A stretch of DNA of 64,000 nt, from NCBI GenBank assembly GCA_000165345.1, contig CM000435.1, positions 224,001 through 288,000 on the forward strand, written 5' to 3'. Positions 12,561 to 40,917 of the stretch are shown here, piece by piece. The notes under the pieces are model-generated. The model ran no database searches, was not told the origin of the DNA, and saw only the letters and a list, made by a program, of their open reading frames with translations. Numbering within the stretch: position 1 is the first letter of the stretch; every line of letters begins with the position of its first letter. Position numbers and translations under genes: made by a program.

Positions 12561-12829
12561 CTTTTTTTTTCTGCATGTAATTTTATTAAGATGATTTTTT
12601 TTATTTAATTTTTATTACAACTTTATAAATGTTAAAAAAAAAAGAAAGAAAAATTAATCAAAAGAATACGGAATTTTAATAATTCTGAAAATATTTAATT
12701 ATTTCTTTTTAATACTATGATGTTATTTTTAATTAATTAAGGAGTTCATTATGAATTTATATATTAATCTATATATATTGAATAAACATTAATATAAATA
12801 TATCTAATTATATTTCTATTAGTATATAT

Positions 12830-15800
12830 TTACAATTTCTTTGGAACCAATTTTGTCTTTACAGTAATTTTTGCTACTGTTTTTGGTTGTATTAAATTAG
12901 TCTTAATCTCTATTTTCTTTGGCATTGCAACTTTTACATTTGATAAATCTAATTTAGCTCCCAATTTAGCTCCAGGTACTAATGGTTTTGGTACTGCACT
13001 AACAGGTTGAGGTGACTTCATCAATACTTTTGATTGAGGTAAAGAAGATGATAATGATGTATTATTTGAATTTGAAGTAGTTTTCAATACTAATTTCTTT
13101 GTAGTAGGTTCTGGATTCTTATTTAATAAAACTAATTGTTTTGGTGAAGCTATATTTGCACTTATTTTCTTTAATTCACTACTCTTAGCCGTTAAATCCT
13201 TCTTTGGTAGAGATTTTGAACTTGAAGTTATTGAATTTGAATTCAAAGATGATAGTGTAGAAGATAATGGTAAACCTAATTTTGCTGGTGATTTGGATAC
13301 TTTACCACCGTCTTTAACTGATGATTTACCTTCAGATTGTTTTGGATTTAATAAACTTGAAGACTTTCCACTTCCCAAAATTGAATTGCCTTTAAGTGCC
13401 ATCTTACCATAATTATTAAATCCAACTTTACCTGCTGATTTATCTTTTTTAAACATAATCTCCATATGATCTTTTCTTTTCTTCATAATTAATTCTTTTA
13501 GTTCTTTTATTTGGAAAGTATCCATATTTCCTTGAGTATATATTGTAGAATCTGAACCTATTGAATAATTTCCACAATAACCTTTCTTCATTACTATTGG
13601 CTCCAAATATCCTTTTCTAAACAAATATTCATGTTTATCTTCAGATTTATCTGATAATTCCAATTCTGGAATACCTCTATATTCTTTTTTTGGTAATGGC
13701 AATTCTAAATCAGGATCATCATGATTTATATCATAAATCTTCTCCTCTATTGTAAGTTTCTCTAATAATCTCTCAACTCTTTGCATTATATGAGACCATA
13801 ATTCCTCAGTAGATATCTTATCTTCTTCTGATAAAGAAGAATACCATAATCCTTGATTTAATAAAGCTTCATTTCTTAATTTTAAGAAATCATTCCATGT
13901 AGAATTTAATAATTCAAAAGGTGTAAATCCATTTGCATCTCTTTGTGTTAACATTGGACTTATATCATATACACTATTTAAAAATGATATTATATCAAAA
14001 CAATTCTTCAATCTTGTTAACATTTCTCTTGGTGAAATATATAAAAACTCTGCTATTGGAGTATGTATTGGAATAGATAATATTTTTGTTGAAGAATTAT
14101 TTCCAAATCCTGTATTTGAAGTACCCATTGAATATATATAAGTCTTTAAATCTTTATTATTATATCCATTATGTGATATTAATGGTAAATCATTCAATTT
14201 TTTTGGTAATTGAAAACTCAATGTTGTATTACAACATAATCCTAAAGCTAACATATGTAATGCATTCATTTTAAGTGTATCTGATCTATGACTTAAATTT
14301 GCACCTTTTTCTAACAATAAACGTACTGTTTCAAATTTTAAACCATATATTCCTAATAATAATGGAGTATTCCCCTGATAATTTTCTTTATTTATTTCAC
14401 TTCCATATTTTAATAATATTTCCACAGTCTCTATATGACCTTCTAATGAAGCTAAATGTAATGGTATTGCTAATTCAATATTCTCAACATTTGGATCTGT
14501 ACCTCCATGTATTAATTCTGAACATAAAAATTTTCTACCTTTAAAAGCTGCAATATGTAATGGTGTATTAGATCCTAACCATTTTATTGTTTTACCATAT
14601 AATAATTTATATCTATTAGAACCCCGCTCTGGCATTTTTTCCCCTGATTTACTGGCAAATGCATGTTTTTTTCGAATGCATGCATTCGCCCCCAAATGCT
14701 CGCCATTATCCTCAGAATTTTCTTTTTTGTAAGTTTTTGAACTTTTTTCCATATCCAAGGCAATTGCTTTACGTATCATATCTCTGGCTATTATTGCAGA
14801 TTTTTTATCATTTTGTATATCAAGACTTTCTTCTTCTAATTCTGGATATGTACATAAAGCATGTATTGGTGTAATACCATATTCATTTTTAAAAAATAAA
14901 TCAGAACCTTCTTCTAATAATAATGCACACACATCATCTCTTAAATTACTTGCAGCCATTCCAAGAAGATTTAATCCAGTTGGTAAATAAGTTACTTTAT
15001 TTAATAATATATCTTTAACCTGACCAACTAATAATTGAGCAATACCCATTAAATGACCTTTAATTGAAGCAATAAATAAAAGAGCACTATATTCAGATAA
15101 AGTTGAAAGATAATCAGCACTTTTTGAAATAGTACTATTACCAAGAATTTCACGATTAAGATTAGAAAATAAATCAATAGAAGCAATACGAATTCTCATA
15201 TTACTTGGTGGTGTCATAACTCCCAAAATGGATGAATAAAGGCGCATTCTTGATAAACAATAATAATAAATTGGACTTTTTGGTCCATAACATACCATAC
15301 TATTATATAAAGATAACCAAGAGCATTCCATAATAAGATCTTTGGAATTATTAAAAACACCTCTTTGTGAGACTTTTTGTATCATTTCTTTCTTGTAAAT
15401 AATATCAGCCAGATTAAGAAATAAATGAACTTTTTCATGATAACAACTTGGAAATACTTTATTTGATGAAACAATGATTGGCTTACAGTATTTATAAGAC
15501 ATTTTAGAATCATTTGAATTTGAGAAATTGTATAAACCAACAAGATGGGATCTAGAGTTATATATTAAATAATGATTATTATGGGTAATAAGGGAAAAAT
15601 TATTAATGAATTTTTCAAAAAGTTTTCTAGCTTCAATATCTTTTCCATCATTAAAAGAATTGATTGCTAATTTATAATGATTTTCCATTTTTGAAACCAA
15701 TTCATTACAACAAGTATTTATTTCATTGGAGAATTCACCACAGTTACTACATTTCCATTTAATTTGTACTTCACCAGATTTACAATTAATTCTGGCTCTT

Positions 15801-17512
15801 TCACAGAGAGTTTTAATATCAGATGTCATTTTATCTTCATTTTTAGCCATTGATAAAGGTAAAAAACTATCTTTAGTAGGTCTATCTCTTGAAAAAAGGT
15901 TGGATTTCTTTGGTAAAATACTTTTGGAAATAATTCTCAAGTTTGATTGGGAGGAATTTGGCTCAACAACTTCTGATTTTTTAAAAATTGGAGAAGGTAC
16001 TAAAAATCCAATAATACAGAATGGACATCTAATTCCTTCTAAGAATAAGTTATTTTCTGAATCATCCAGACATCTAGAGCACATGCAAGCAAAAACTTTT
16101 GGACTATTAATGATGGATTTTCTTTTAAAAGTTGGCTGATAAAGATCTAAAATATATGAGATTGTAAGATTCGCATTTTCTGGTATATTGTATGCAGATC
16201 TGATACATAATTTATGTTCATCATTCATATAGTAAACGCAGGATGGAATACATGAATGTTGGAATTTACTAGCTTTTTCAAAGAAACCAAGGCCTGTAGA
16301 AACTGGAACTGGGGAAGAATTAAAAGCAGAAGATGCTGAACTAATAATGATTGGAAGTTTATTAGAGTATAATGTGATTAGAAATGATCTAAGTTCTTTT
16401 CTTGAGAAATAAAGTCTTAAATGTATTGGAATTACGCGGATAAATTCTTGAGTAATAAAATCAAATATTGAAAATAGATCTGGGGAAACAATTTCAATAA
16501 TATCAGAATATGATGGAAGATCCAGTAGTTTCTGTGAGACTCCTTCAGTTTTAATTAAAAGTGAGATGGAGTCTAAATGAGTTTGAATTAAACATCTGAG
16601 TGCTAGAAGAAGAAAAGAAACAGGAAGACCAGATTCATTTGAGATTACAATAATCGCTCCAATATGTTCACATTCAAGTTCATGTCTTCTACTATATTTA
16701 ACCATACATTCCCAACGACAAAATACAAATGGACAAGTATTTGGATGTACAGAACAGCTAAAAGCATGGTCATAAACTTCTCTTTCTCTTAAACAATGAA
16801 AACAAGTTGTTTGTATGTCTAAATTACTTGGTATTTCTGGTGCTAATGCATATGGTTCTTCAACATGTACAAGATCTCCAACATTGATTTGGCTATTTGA
16901 AATTGGGGTTGTGAATTTATCCAAAGTTGTGGATGAGAATCCTGATTGAAAGTTTATCTTTTCAAATTTATATTGGCTAATATATTCAAGTTTTCTCTCA
17001 TCAAATGGAAGTTCATCATCAAAATTGAATCCAATTAGAGATTTTGACTTTAGACCTAAAGGAAGCCTACATATCTGAAAAATCAATGTATCCAAGATTG
17101 ATCCTGAGGCTATTTTTGCATCGTAATCATTATCATTTGTCATGAATCTCACACCCATTATATGTTCATAACTTTTAAAGTAATTACCAATTTTCATATA
17201 AAGTAATGAAATAAAAGAATGAGATTCCAAGCTTCGAGGTTCAGTAAAGAGAAATCTTTTGATTTGTTTTATTGCTAATAAGCTATCTCCTTGACGCACT
17301 AAAGATCGACAAATTTCCAACAAGGATTCAACAGCCTCTTTATAATTGGAAGAAGATCCATCAATTTTTTTAAATTCACGACTAACAAATGAACTTTTTC
17401 CACTTTTTGATTTCTCAAAGATTTTCTGCAAAGTTTCTATATTAATGTTTTTTTTATGACTTATTTCAGATTTCTTTGGAAGGTCCAATATATCAACTAA
17501 GCTGGTAATCAT
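12830..17512 (-). CDS. SMYD-type SET/MYND lysine methyltransferase fused to ankyrin repeats, with a Lys/Ser-rich low-complexity C-terminus (1,560 aa).
   Basis: Cys-rich MYND-like insert (CFHCLREREVYDHAFSCSVHPNTCPFVFCRWECMVKYSRRHELEC). SET C-half with FQHSCIPSCVYY (the NHSCxPN motif), ANLTISY and the post-SET CMCSRC. At least 3-4 ankyrin repeats (GNTPLHIAAFKGRKFLCSELIHGGTDPN, IPLHLASLEGHIETVEILLKYGSEIN, GNTPLLLGIYGLKFETVRLLLEKGANL). Confidence 0.8.
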   Translation of the reverse strand: MITSLVDILDLPKKSEISHKKNINIETLQKIFEKSKSGKSSFVSREFKKIDGSSSNYKEAVESLLEICRSLVRQGDSLLAIKQIKRFLFTEPRSLESHSFISLLYMKIGNYFKSYEHIMGVRFMTNDNDYDAKIASGSILDTLIFQICRLPLGLKSKSLIGFNFDDELPFDERKLEYISQYKFEKINFQSGFSSTTLDKFTTPISNSQINVGDLVHVEEPYALAPEIPSNLDIQTTCFHCLREREVYDHAFSCSVHPNTCPFVFCRWECMVKYSRRHELECEHIGAIIVISNESGLPVSFLLLALRCLIQTHLDSISLLIKTEGVSQKLLDLPSYSDIIEIVSPDLFSIFDFITQEFIRVIPIHLRLYFSRKELRSFLITLYSNKLPIIISSASSAFNSSPVPVSTGLGFFEKASKFQHSCIPSCVYYMNDEHKLCIRSAYNIPENANLTISYILDLYQPTFKRKSIINSPKVFACMCSRCLDDSENNLFLEGIRCPFCIIGFLVPSPIFKKSEVVEPNSSQSNLRIISKSILPKKSNLFSRDRPTKDSFLPLSMAKNEDKMTSDIKTLCERARINCKSGEVQIKWKCSNCGEFSNEINTCCNELVSKMENHYKLAINSFNDGKDIEARKLFEKFINNFSLITHNNHYLIYNSRSHLVGLYNFSNSNDSKMSYKYCKPIIVSSNKVFPSCYHEKVHLFLNLADIIYKKEMIQKVSQRGVFNNSKDLIMECSWLSLYNSMVCYGPKSPIYYYCLSRMRLYSSILGVMTPPSNMRIRIASIDLFSNLNREILGNSTISKSADYLSTLSEYSALLFIASIKGHLMGIAQLLVGQVKDILLNKVTYLPTGLNLLGMAASNLRDDVCALLLEEGSDLFFKNEYGITPIHALCTYPELEEESLDIQNDKKSAIIARDMIRKAIALDMEKSSKTYKKENSEDNGEHLGANACIRKKHAFASKSGEKMPERGSNRYKLLYGKTIKWLGSNTPLHIAAFKGRKFLCSELIHGGTDPNVENIELAIPLHLASLEGHIETVEILLKYGSEINKENYQGNTPLLLGIYGLKFETVRLLLEKGANLSHRSDTLKMNALHMLALGLCCNTTLSFQLPKKLNDLPLISHNGYNNKDLKTYIYSMGTSNTGFGNNSSTKILSIPIHTPIAEFLYISPREMLTRLKNCFDIISFLNSVYDISPMLTQRDANGFTPFELLNSTWNDFLKLRNEALLNQGLWYSSLSEEDKISTEELWSHIMQRVERLLEKLTIEEKIYDINHDDPDLELPLPKKEYRGIPELELSDKSEDKHEYLFRKGYLEPIVMKKGYCGNYSIGSDSTIYTQGNMDTFQIKELKELIMKKRKDHMEIMFKKDKSAGKVGFNNYGKMALKGNSILGSGKSSSLLNPKQSEGKSSVKDGGKVSKSPAKLGLPLSSTLSSLNSNSITSSSKSLPKKDLTAKSSELKKISANIASPKQLVLLNKNPEPTTKKLVLKTTSNSNNTSLSSSLPQSKVLMKSPQPVSAVPKPLVPGAKLGAKLDLSNVKVAMPKKIEIKTNLIQPKTVAKITVKTKLVPKKL

Positions 17513-17963
17513 TTCTTCAATTTGATTATGGTTAATATACCTTTTTTTCTCTGGTAATAATAATTCATATTATTAAAATTAACAATAATATAATATAATT
17601 ATAAATTTCCGCTTTATAAATTCAGGAAAACATAAATCAGCTTTTCATATTCAGCCAAGTAGTATGCATTTGGTCAGCTTTAATTATTTAAATTATTGAT
17701 AACGATACAATCTCAAAAAAAACTGATGAGATAAAAAAAAATAATGATAAAAATAAAAATAAAAATAATATGGTAAGATTTATTAATTACGATTGAATTT
17801 CCCTATTTAATGGTCTATTTTGTTTCGTTGTCAACATATTACATGCATTTACCGGTCATTAATAGATCCACATAAATGGCGCCTGATTTGGGAGATGGTC
17901 ACCCCACAATATCGGGTGGTGCATGCAATATAAGTAAACAAGTTGGATAAATTTAAAGAAAAG

Positions 17964-19337
17964 CTATAAAAGTACCCACTCATGGGAGTGGAGATCATTT
18001 TCGTAGAAAAAGTCGATATTAATACTATTTTGGGTTTCGGAAGAAGATGTATGATTATTTCGTTCGCCAATAAACTCTGAGAGAGTGGTAGTGTTGGAGT
18101 TTGACCTTTGAATAATTGGAAGACTACTATCTGAGAAATTAGTAACTTGATTGGAAGAAATATCAATTTTATCAAGATGGATTTCTTGAGATACACATGA
18201 TGTGAATGTATTAATTGAATTAATAATTGATGATTGAATTGTATTTCCAGGTTTGATAATAGAAGTGCTTAAAAGCGAATCATTTGATGAGAGTACTTTA
18301 TTTATGGTATTAAAAGTTTCTATGGGACTTAAAGGTTCTGATGGTTTATTTTCTAATAATGAGTTATTAGTATTTTGGAATTCACAGTTTTGATTAAGTT
18401 TCAGAGCATTATTGTATTGATCAATATTTAAAGCATCAATAGAATTGATCATAAAATTTGAAATGAATTGGTTTAATGACGAAATTATGTTAAAAATGAG
18501 CTTTCTCTTTGGGTTATCAAATTTGAAAAGAAAAAAGTAATCCTGGAGAAACTGAGTATTCATATCACATATTCTATCAGACCAACAAAGACCGCCTGCA
18601 CTATTATAAACAAGGAATCTAAGATTGAATTTGTTAAATAGAATACATTTGTCAAAACAAAAATACTTGGAAGGATCAACAAAGTTGAGTCTTTCACAGA
18701 AAATTTGTGAGGATCCTTCATTTTGGTTACTTGTAATTAAAATAGCTTCTTCTGAATTGTGATTATTAAAGAGTTTAACAAGAAAAATATTGAATAAAGG
18801 TTCTTCATTTGTCACAGAATTTTCCAATTTTTTGTCTTGAAAAAGGTTCAAAGCTTCAAAAACAAACTCACGTATTCCTTTTGAATCATGAATAAGATTT
18901 AGGGATCCAATAATATTAGAATAAAAATTTTTATATAAGGAATCTTTTTGAAGATTCAATTCAGATTTTATCAGGCTCATTTTAAGCTCAAATTTAGCTT
19001 CAGAGAGTGAATAAGACTCTATTATTGGCGAAATTACTATTGTTTCTAAGTCATGTTCAGTAATATTTAAGAAATTGTAAAGAGATTCCACCCATTTTAG
19101 TTTGCATGTATTTACTATTAAGGCACAATTTTCATCTTCTTGGGATAAACTATTAGGATTAGTAATGCATATAAGTGCTTTAATTAGGCTCATTAAGTTA
19201 CAAGTTTGGATTTTCAAGGTTTTATAATAATTCATAAGAAGTTTATTGGAAGATGAAAACGCATCATTTTGAAGAGTTAAATGTTCCAAGAGTTTTTCAA
19301 GTCCCCGGTCATCGTCTTCATGCTCTTTCCTGCTCAT
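17964..19337 (-). CDS. Hypothetical protein (457 aa).
   Basis: Long uninterrupted ORF on the minus strand with an acidic N-terminus. No motif I can assign. Confidence 0.5.
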   Translation of the reverse strand: MSRKEHEDDDRGLEKLLEHLTLQNDAFSSSNKLLMNYYKTLKIQTCNLMSLIKALICITNPNSLSQEDENCALIVNTCKLKWVESLYNFLNITEHDLETIVISPIIESYSLSEAKFELKMSLIKSELNLQKDSLYKNFYSNIIGSLNLIHDSKGIREFVFEALNLFQDKKLENSVTNEEPLFNIFLVKLFNNHNSEEAILITSNQNEGSSQIFCERLNFVDPSKYFCFDKCILFNKFNLRFLVYNSAGGLCWSDRICDMNTQFLQDYFFLFKFDNPKRKLIFNIISSLNQFISNFMINSIDALNIDQYNNALKLNQNCEFQNTNNSLLENKPSEPLSPIETFNTINKVLSSNDSLLSTSIIKPGNTIQSSIINSINTFTSCVSQEIHLDKIDISSNQVTNFSDSSLPIIQRSNSNTTTLSEFIGERNNHTSSSETQNSINIDFFYENDLHSHEWVLL

Positions 19338-19559
19338 TCTGGCTCTGAATCTTCTTTGAATGTTTTAATGGCCACATCGCCAACTTTTTTGTTGATTTTT
19401 ATAATAATAATAATAATATTATTATAATCATGGATGAATTCTATACGCAAATTTTTAGCGCATAATGGTAAAATTTGAAATAATCAAGAAAATAAAAATA
19501 TTAATTATTTAATTAATTAGCAAGCAAGGAAAAAGTATATAAAATCTAATGTGTCAATA

Positions 19560-20612
19560 ATGACAGAAGAGATCATTTACAGCTATAAAAGGTCAAAAAA
19601 TCCTTCGGAGTTGATTCATATTTCAAATCTTGGTAGAAAGTGCTATTTCGGATTAGAGGAAGATCTTCTGAAAGAGTTTCAAGTATTTGGAGAAGTTAAA
19701 GAATTTCATTTGGGTGAAAATTCGAATTCTTTTGTATTATTTGCAAATTTACCCGCCTCAATACGATTTTACGAGCATTGCATGCAACTGCATGCAGAAG
19801 AAACACCAGTGTTGATTGGTGGTAGAAGAATAAAGGCAAGTTACTCACAGAGAGTTGAAATAAAAAATGTTATTGAACAAAAAAATGAAGATTATGATGA
19901 AAATAAAAGATTTTTAGCAGATAAAGGATTGGTTTTAGTGGAAGATTTTATCAATAAGTTAGAGGCTATTGAATTATTAGACTGGATTGACAATAATGGT
20001 CAGTGGGAGACTAAATTAAATCGAAAAGTGCAACATTATGGTTATTCTTTTGATTATAATAATAAAACAATAAGTTCTGTATGGGAGAGAGATATTCCAC
20101 CTATATTAAATCGTCTTATAGAAAGAATGTTATCATTAAAGATAATAACAGAAGTTCCTGACCAGATTACAATAAATGAATATGAAGTAGGAAAGGGTAT
20201 TGGCCCACATATAGATTCTCATCATACAATTGGTGAAAATATATCAGTAATATCTTTAGGAAGTGGCATTTTGTTTGAATTTAACGAATTATCAAAACGT
20301 AAAAATCCTGATTGTTCTTCTAAAGAAGGCAGTGGATCGAGAAAGTATGATCGTATTAGTAAAAGAACAGTATATATACCAGAAAACAGTTTATATATAA
20401 TGAAAAATGAGATAAGGTATGCTTGGGAGCATGGAATAAAGTCAAGAATGTATGATAAAATACAAGGAAAATTTCAACAAAGAAAAAGAAGAGTTTCAAT
20501 AACAATAAGAAAGTATATAGAAAGTCATTATAATTATCCATGTGAATGCGATTACAAAGATTTCTGCGATAGCAGAGATCCTTCTATTAGAATTTTGCCT
20601 GAAAGAATATAA
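19560..20612 (+). CDS. ALKBH8-like protein: N-terminal RRM-like domain plus AlkB-type Fe(II)/2-oxoglutarate dioxygenase domain with a C-terminal Cys cluster. No methyltransferase domain.
   Basis: GKGIGPHIDSHHTIGENISVISLGSGILFEF matches the ALKBH8 HxD...H core ([31 protein letters not shown]). NEIRYAWEHGI matches ESRYLWTHGI. RRVSITIRKY...YPCECDYKDFCDSR matches the ALKBH8 zinc-finger tail (RTSFTFRKV...CNCSYPLVCDS). The track start at 19551 appears to be a GTG; the first ATG (MTEEIIYSYK) is 9 nt downstream. Confidence 0.8.
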   Translation: MTEEIIYSYKRSKNPSELIHISNLGRKCYFGLEEDLLKEFQVFGEVKEFHLGENSNSFVLFANLPASIRFYEHCMQLHAEETPVLIGGRRIKASYSQRVEIKNVIEQKNEDYDENKRFLADKGLVLVEDFINKLEAIELLDWIDNNGQWETKLNRKVQHYGYSFDYNNKTISSVWERDIPPILNRLIERMLSLKIITEVPDQITINEYEVGKGIGPHIDSHHTIGENISVISLGSGILFEFNELSKRKNPDCSSKEGSGSRKYDRISKRTVYIPENSLYIMKNEIRYAWEHGIKSRMYDKIQGKFQQRKRRVSITIRKYIESHYNYPCECDYKDFCDSRDPSIRILPERI

Positions 20613-38111
<17,499 letters not shown>

Positions 38112-38452
38112 TTTGTTTCTTATTTAGACAAGATCTCCACACTATTTTTTATTAAAAAGCTAAGAATTATTATTTTTTTAAATTTATAATAAATTATTTC
38201 TTCGATTATATTTCTTGCTTTTCTTTTTTCTATAAATTATTTATATTTCCTCCTATTCCTTCTAATCCTTTCACTATTTTTAACTCTCTTTTTTTCAATT
38301 TCTTCATATAATTATTCACTCCAAAAATAATCGTACTATCTTGGCTTTATAACTATCTCAAATTCTAATTATTACATGAAATCTACTCTTATCATATGTT
38401 TTTATTATACTTTTTCTTCAACATATTTTCTATGTAAATCTATCATAGAGGG

Positions 38453-38477
38453 GTGGCGGGAAACTTGTGGCGCCACT
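38453..38477. promoter_or_regulatory. GGTGGCGGGAAACTTGTGGCGCCAC: paired E2F-like elements about 340 bp upstream of the giant gene.
   Basis: GGCGGGAAA plus TGGCGCCA within 25 bp. Confidence 0.45.
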
Positions 38478-38995
38478 TATGTTACATATACCAGTAATTA
38501 TGCAAAGCGGGAATGGGTTTAGAATGGGGAAAGGAAAAATAAAAACTATATATAAAATATTAAGGTTTTAATTAACGAATATATGTAAATTGGTTGGATA
38601 AGATAGATTTTGTGTGATTTATTATTGAATTATTTACTACTAGTTTTTAGATTCTGAAGCTTTTATTCTAAAAAAAAAGGGGAATCTCTATGCTTTCATT
38701 TTTTTTTCTATTTTAATTACAATTTTTAGATCTAAGTTACCTGTGATCAAGATACAAGGTACCTACTAATTAAAACACATGTATATATCATATATATATA
38801 AATTTTTGTTCTTTTTTTATGCTTTCAAAATATATAATATGAATGAAAATAATAATATATTTCAAACTAAATAGAAACAATCTTAATGAAAATATGCAGT
38901 TATAAAAGAAACTTAAGAACAAAATATAATTCAAAATTAATTTTATTTAAGTTATTTAGGTTTAAATGTATTATATATATATTATATAATATTTA

Positions 38996-39046
38996 ATATA
39001 TAATATATAATATATAATATATAATATATAATATATAATATATATT
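38996..39046. repeat. Heptanucleotide minisatellite (TATATAA)n, about 7 units.
   Basis: tatataatatataatatataatatataatatataatatata between the giant gene and BUD31. Confidence 0.8.
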
Positions 39047-39293
39047 TATGGTAATTCAAAGCCAAATCAGAAAGATCACACTGGTTTGAATGATTATAAA
39101 AGATTTAAAAAAAATAAGTGGATGGTATTATACCAAATAAATAAAAATGTTTGTTAGAAAAAAAAGGAACAAAATAAAAAGATATACCAAAACTTGAAAG
39201 CTTAGGCTTATATATCAGCGATTTGCATGCAAGATTAAGAATTACCGCTTGATAAAATTTGAAAAAAAGTGCAAAAACTGAATTAATATTAGT

Positions 39294-39728
39294 TCAAGTA
39301 GAACAACCATTACAACCACAATTAACACATTCAATATCTTCACCATCGTCTTGTAATTGATCTCTAGGCACTCTACAAATACAAGTTGTTCCATAATTAG
39401 TATTAGAAGTGGAAATACAATTAATACAACAAAGATATTCATATCCTTGTTTTTTCCACTTTGCAATCAAATCTTTATCAGCATACCCGTGATCCAAACA
39501 GTATTCATATAAATCTCTGGAGATTTCTTTATCCAAATAATATTTGGTATATATAAATCTACTTCTTAAATGATTAATTCTGTATATTGGCCATAAATAT
39601 TCATTCTTTTTCTTACCTTTAGTAGAAGAATTTTCTGCTTCTCTCATCATTTCATTATATTTCTCCAATTCATCCTTAATTTGATCCCATCCTTGAGGTA
39701 TAGGTACGTTTGTGAATTGTTTCACCAT
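39294..39728 (-). CDS. BUD31: BUD31/G10 pre-mRNA splicing factor.
   Basis: The 144-aa protein is collinear with human BUD31: MREAE, LWPIYRINHLRSRFIY, LYEYCLDHGYADKDLIAKWKKQGYEYLCCINCI, TTCICRVP, CVNCGCNGCS. Confidence 0.95.
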   Translation of the reverse strand: MVKQFTNVPIPQGWDQIKDELEKYNEMMREAENSSTKGKKKNEYLWPIYRINHLRSRFIYTKYYLDKEISRDLYEYCLDHGYADKDLIAKWKKQGYEYLCCINCISTSNTNYGTTCICRVPRDQLQDDGEDIECVNCGCNGCST

Positions 39729-39790
39729 TCTTCTTAATCCCTCTAAAAATTTCTTTTAAAAGGATAAATTTTTCAACTTTGATAATAAAT

Positions 39791-39803
39791 TATGAAAAGT
39801 TTG
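39791..39803. promoter_or_regulatory. E2F-like site TTTGGGCGGGAAA about 65 bp upstream of the BUD31 start.
   Basis: Matches the canonical TTTSGCGCSAAA / TTTGGCGGGAAA E2F consensus. Confidence 0.5.
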
Positions 39804-39998
39804 GGCGGGAAACTTTCGATACCTTTTTTTTACTATATTATTTAAAAAGAATAATTAACAATTAGAGTTGCAAATAATATTGTATTTAGGATTAGAATAA
39901 TTTTTGAGATTGAGGAAAAAAAGAATGAATTTGAGAAAATATCTGGTATATGAATTTGCTTCAACTTCATATAATAAAAAAAAAACTGAAGAAAGATA

Positions 39999-40751
39999 TT
40001 ATTTACCATTGATAGTTACATGTTTTCCTTTTTTAATATCTTTTTTCTTCTTATTCTTTTTCTTCTTATTATGTGGAATAACAGCTTCTCCCAGATCTTC
40101 ATTTTGTTCATTATTAAGAGCTATAGTAGTAGGAGAATTAGTAATACTGTTTCTATTATAAACAAGTGCTTCCCATCTATCTCTGACCATTAAATAAAGC
40201 ATCATAGTGGATTTTGCATCTTCCCAAGGACAATGAGATCCTTGTTGAATATTTAAATTAAGAACATGTTTTGATAGAGATCTAAGAGAAGGTTTTTGTC
40301 TTAGAAATCCTTCTTTTTGATGATGAGTAATTTCTCCTTTTTCTAAAAGAGATTTAATTAATAGTTTTCTTAAAGGAAAATAAGTACAAGTATCTCTAAT
40401 TTCAGACTCTGGAGGAGTCCATTTAAGTACTTGAAAATCATTAGATATATCATGTCCAACAAAAACTAAGCCTGATGTGCTTTCTTTTCTATAATGTTCA
40501 ACAATTTGAAGAAATTTTTTTTGAATTGATTCAAAAGATTCTCCATATTTAAGTTTATCCCAAGTAAGTCCACTCCATTTAGTTCTAAAATTAGTGACCC
40601 TCATACTTGGTTTAACAAAAGCATCCATAAGAAGTTTAAGCTTATCATCAACTACAGCAATTCTTCCAAGTACAGAGATATGACCATTTTCACCGCATCC
40701 TACCATTTCACAATCAATAGATATTGCTCTAGGTAAGGTTTTTTTACTCAT
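39999..40751 (-). CDS. REX4: REX4-like 3'-5' exoribonuclease (DEDDh family).
   Basis: Exo I AISIDCEMVG, Exo II LVFVGHDISNDFQVL and Exo III H-x4-D (SHCPWEDAKST). The Lys-rich C-terminal tail is typical of nucleolar REX4. Confidence 0.85.
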   Translation of the reverse strand: MSKKTLPRAISIDCEMVGCGENGHISVLGRIAVVDDKLKLLMDAFVKPSMRVTNFRTKWSGLTWDKLKYGESFESIQKKFLQIVEHYRKESTSGLVFVGHDISNDFQVLKWTPPESEIRDTCTYFPLRKLLIKSLLEKGEITHHQKEGFLRQKPSLRSLSKHVLNLNIQQGSHCPWEDAKSTMMLYLMVRDRWEALVYNRNSITNSPTTIALNNEQNEDLGEAVIPHNKKKKNKKKKDIKKGKHVTINGK

Positions 40752-40904
40752 ATTTTTGCTTTATTCAGATTGAATCTAAACAAATAAAAGTAATTGTATA
40801 CTGAGATTTGTGAAACTACTTGGGAATTGGTTTTCTTATCTTCCAAAGATTCATTACTAAATCTAATTTACTGGAATACTAACTGACCAGTTTATTCAGA
40901 TATA

Positions 40905-40917
40905 TTTGGCGCCCAAA
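40905..40917. promoter_or_regulatory. Palindromic E2F-like site TTTGGCGCCCAAA about 155 bp upstream of REX4.
   Basis: TTTGGCGCC core. Confidence 0.5.

Noticed and set aside
14655-14705. GC-richer island containing the 14-bp palindrome GAATGCATGCATTC (two TGCATGCA-type motifs) inside the SMYD-ANK gene. A similar TGCATGCAACTGCATGCAG lies inside the AlkB-like gene at about 19775-19795. I considered whether these mark introns.
   Set aside because: The reading frame is continuous through both (encoding ...NACIRKKHAFAS... and ...EHCMQLHAEE...) with no splice-site context. They are most simply coding sequence that happens to contain the motif. I leave open that they are intragenic regulatory sites.
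39904-40161. ORF 39904..40161 (+) overlapping the 3' end of REX4.
   Set aside because: It is antisense to a well-supported DEDDh exonuclease ORF and its translation is poly-F/L low-complexity.
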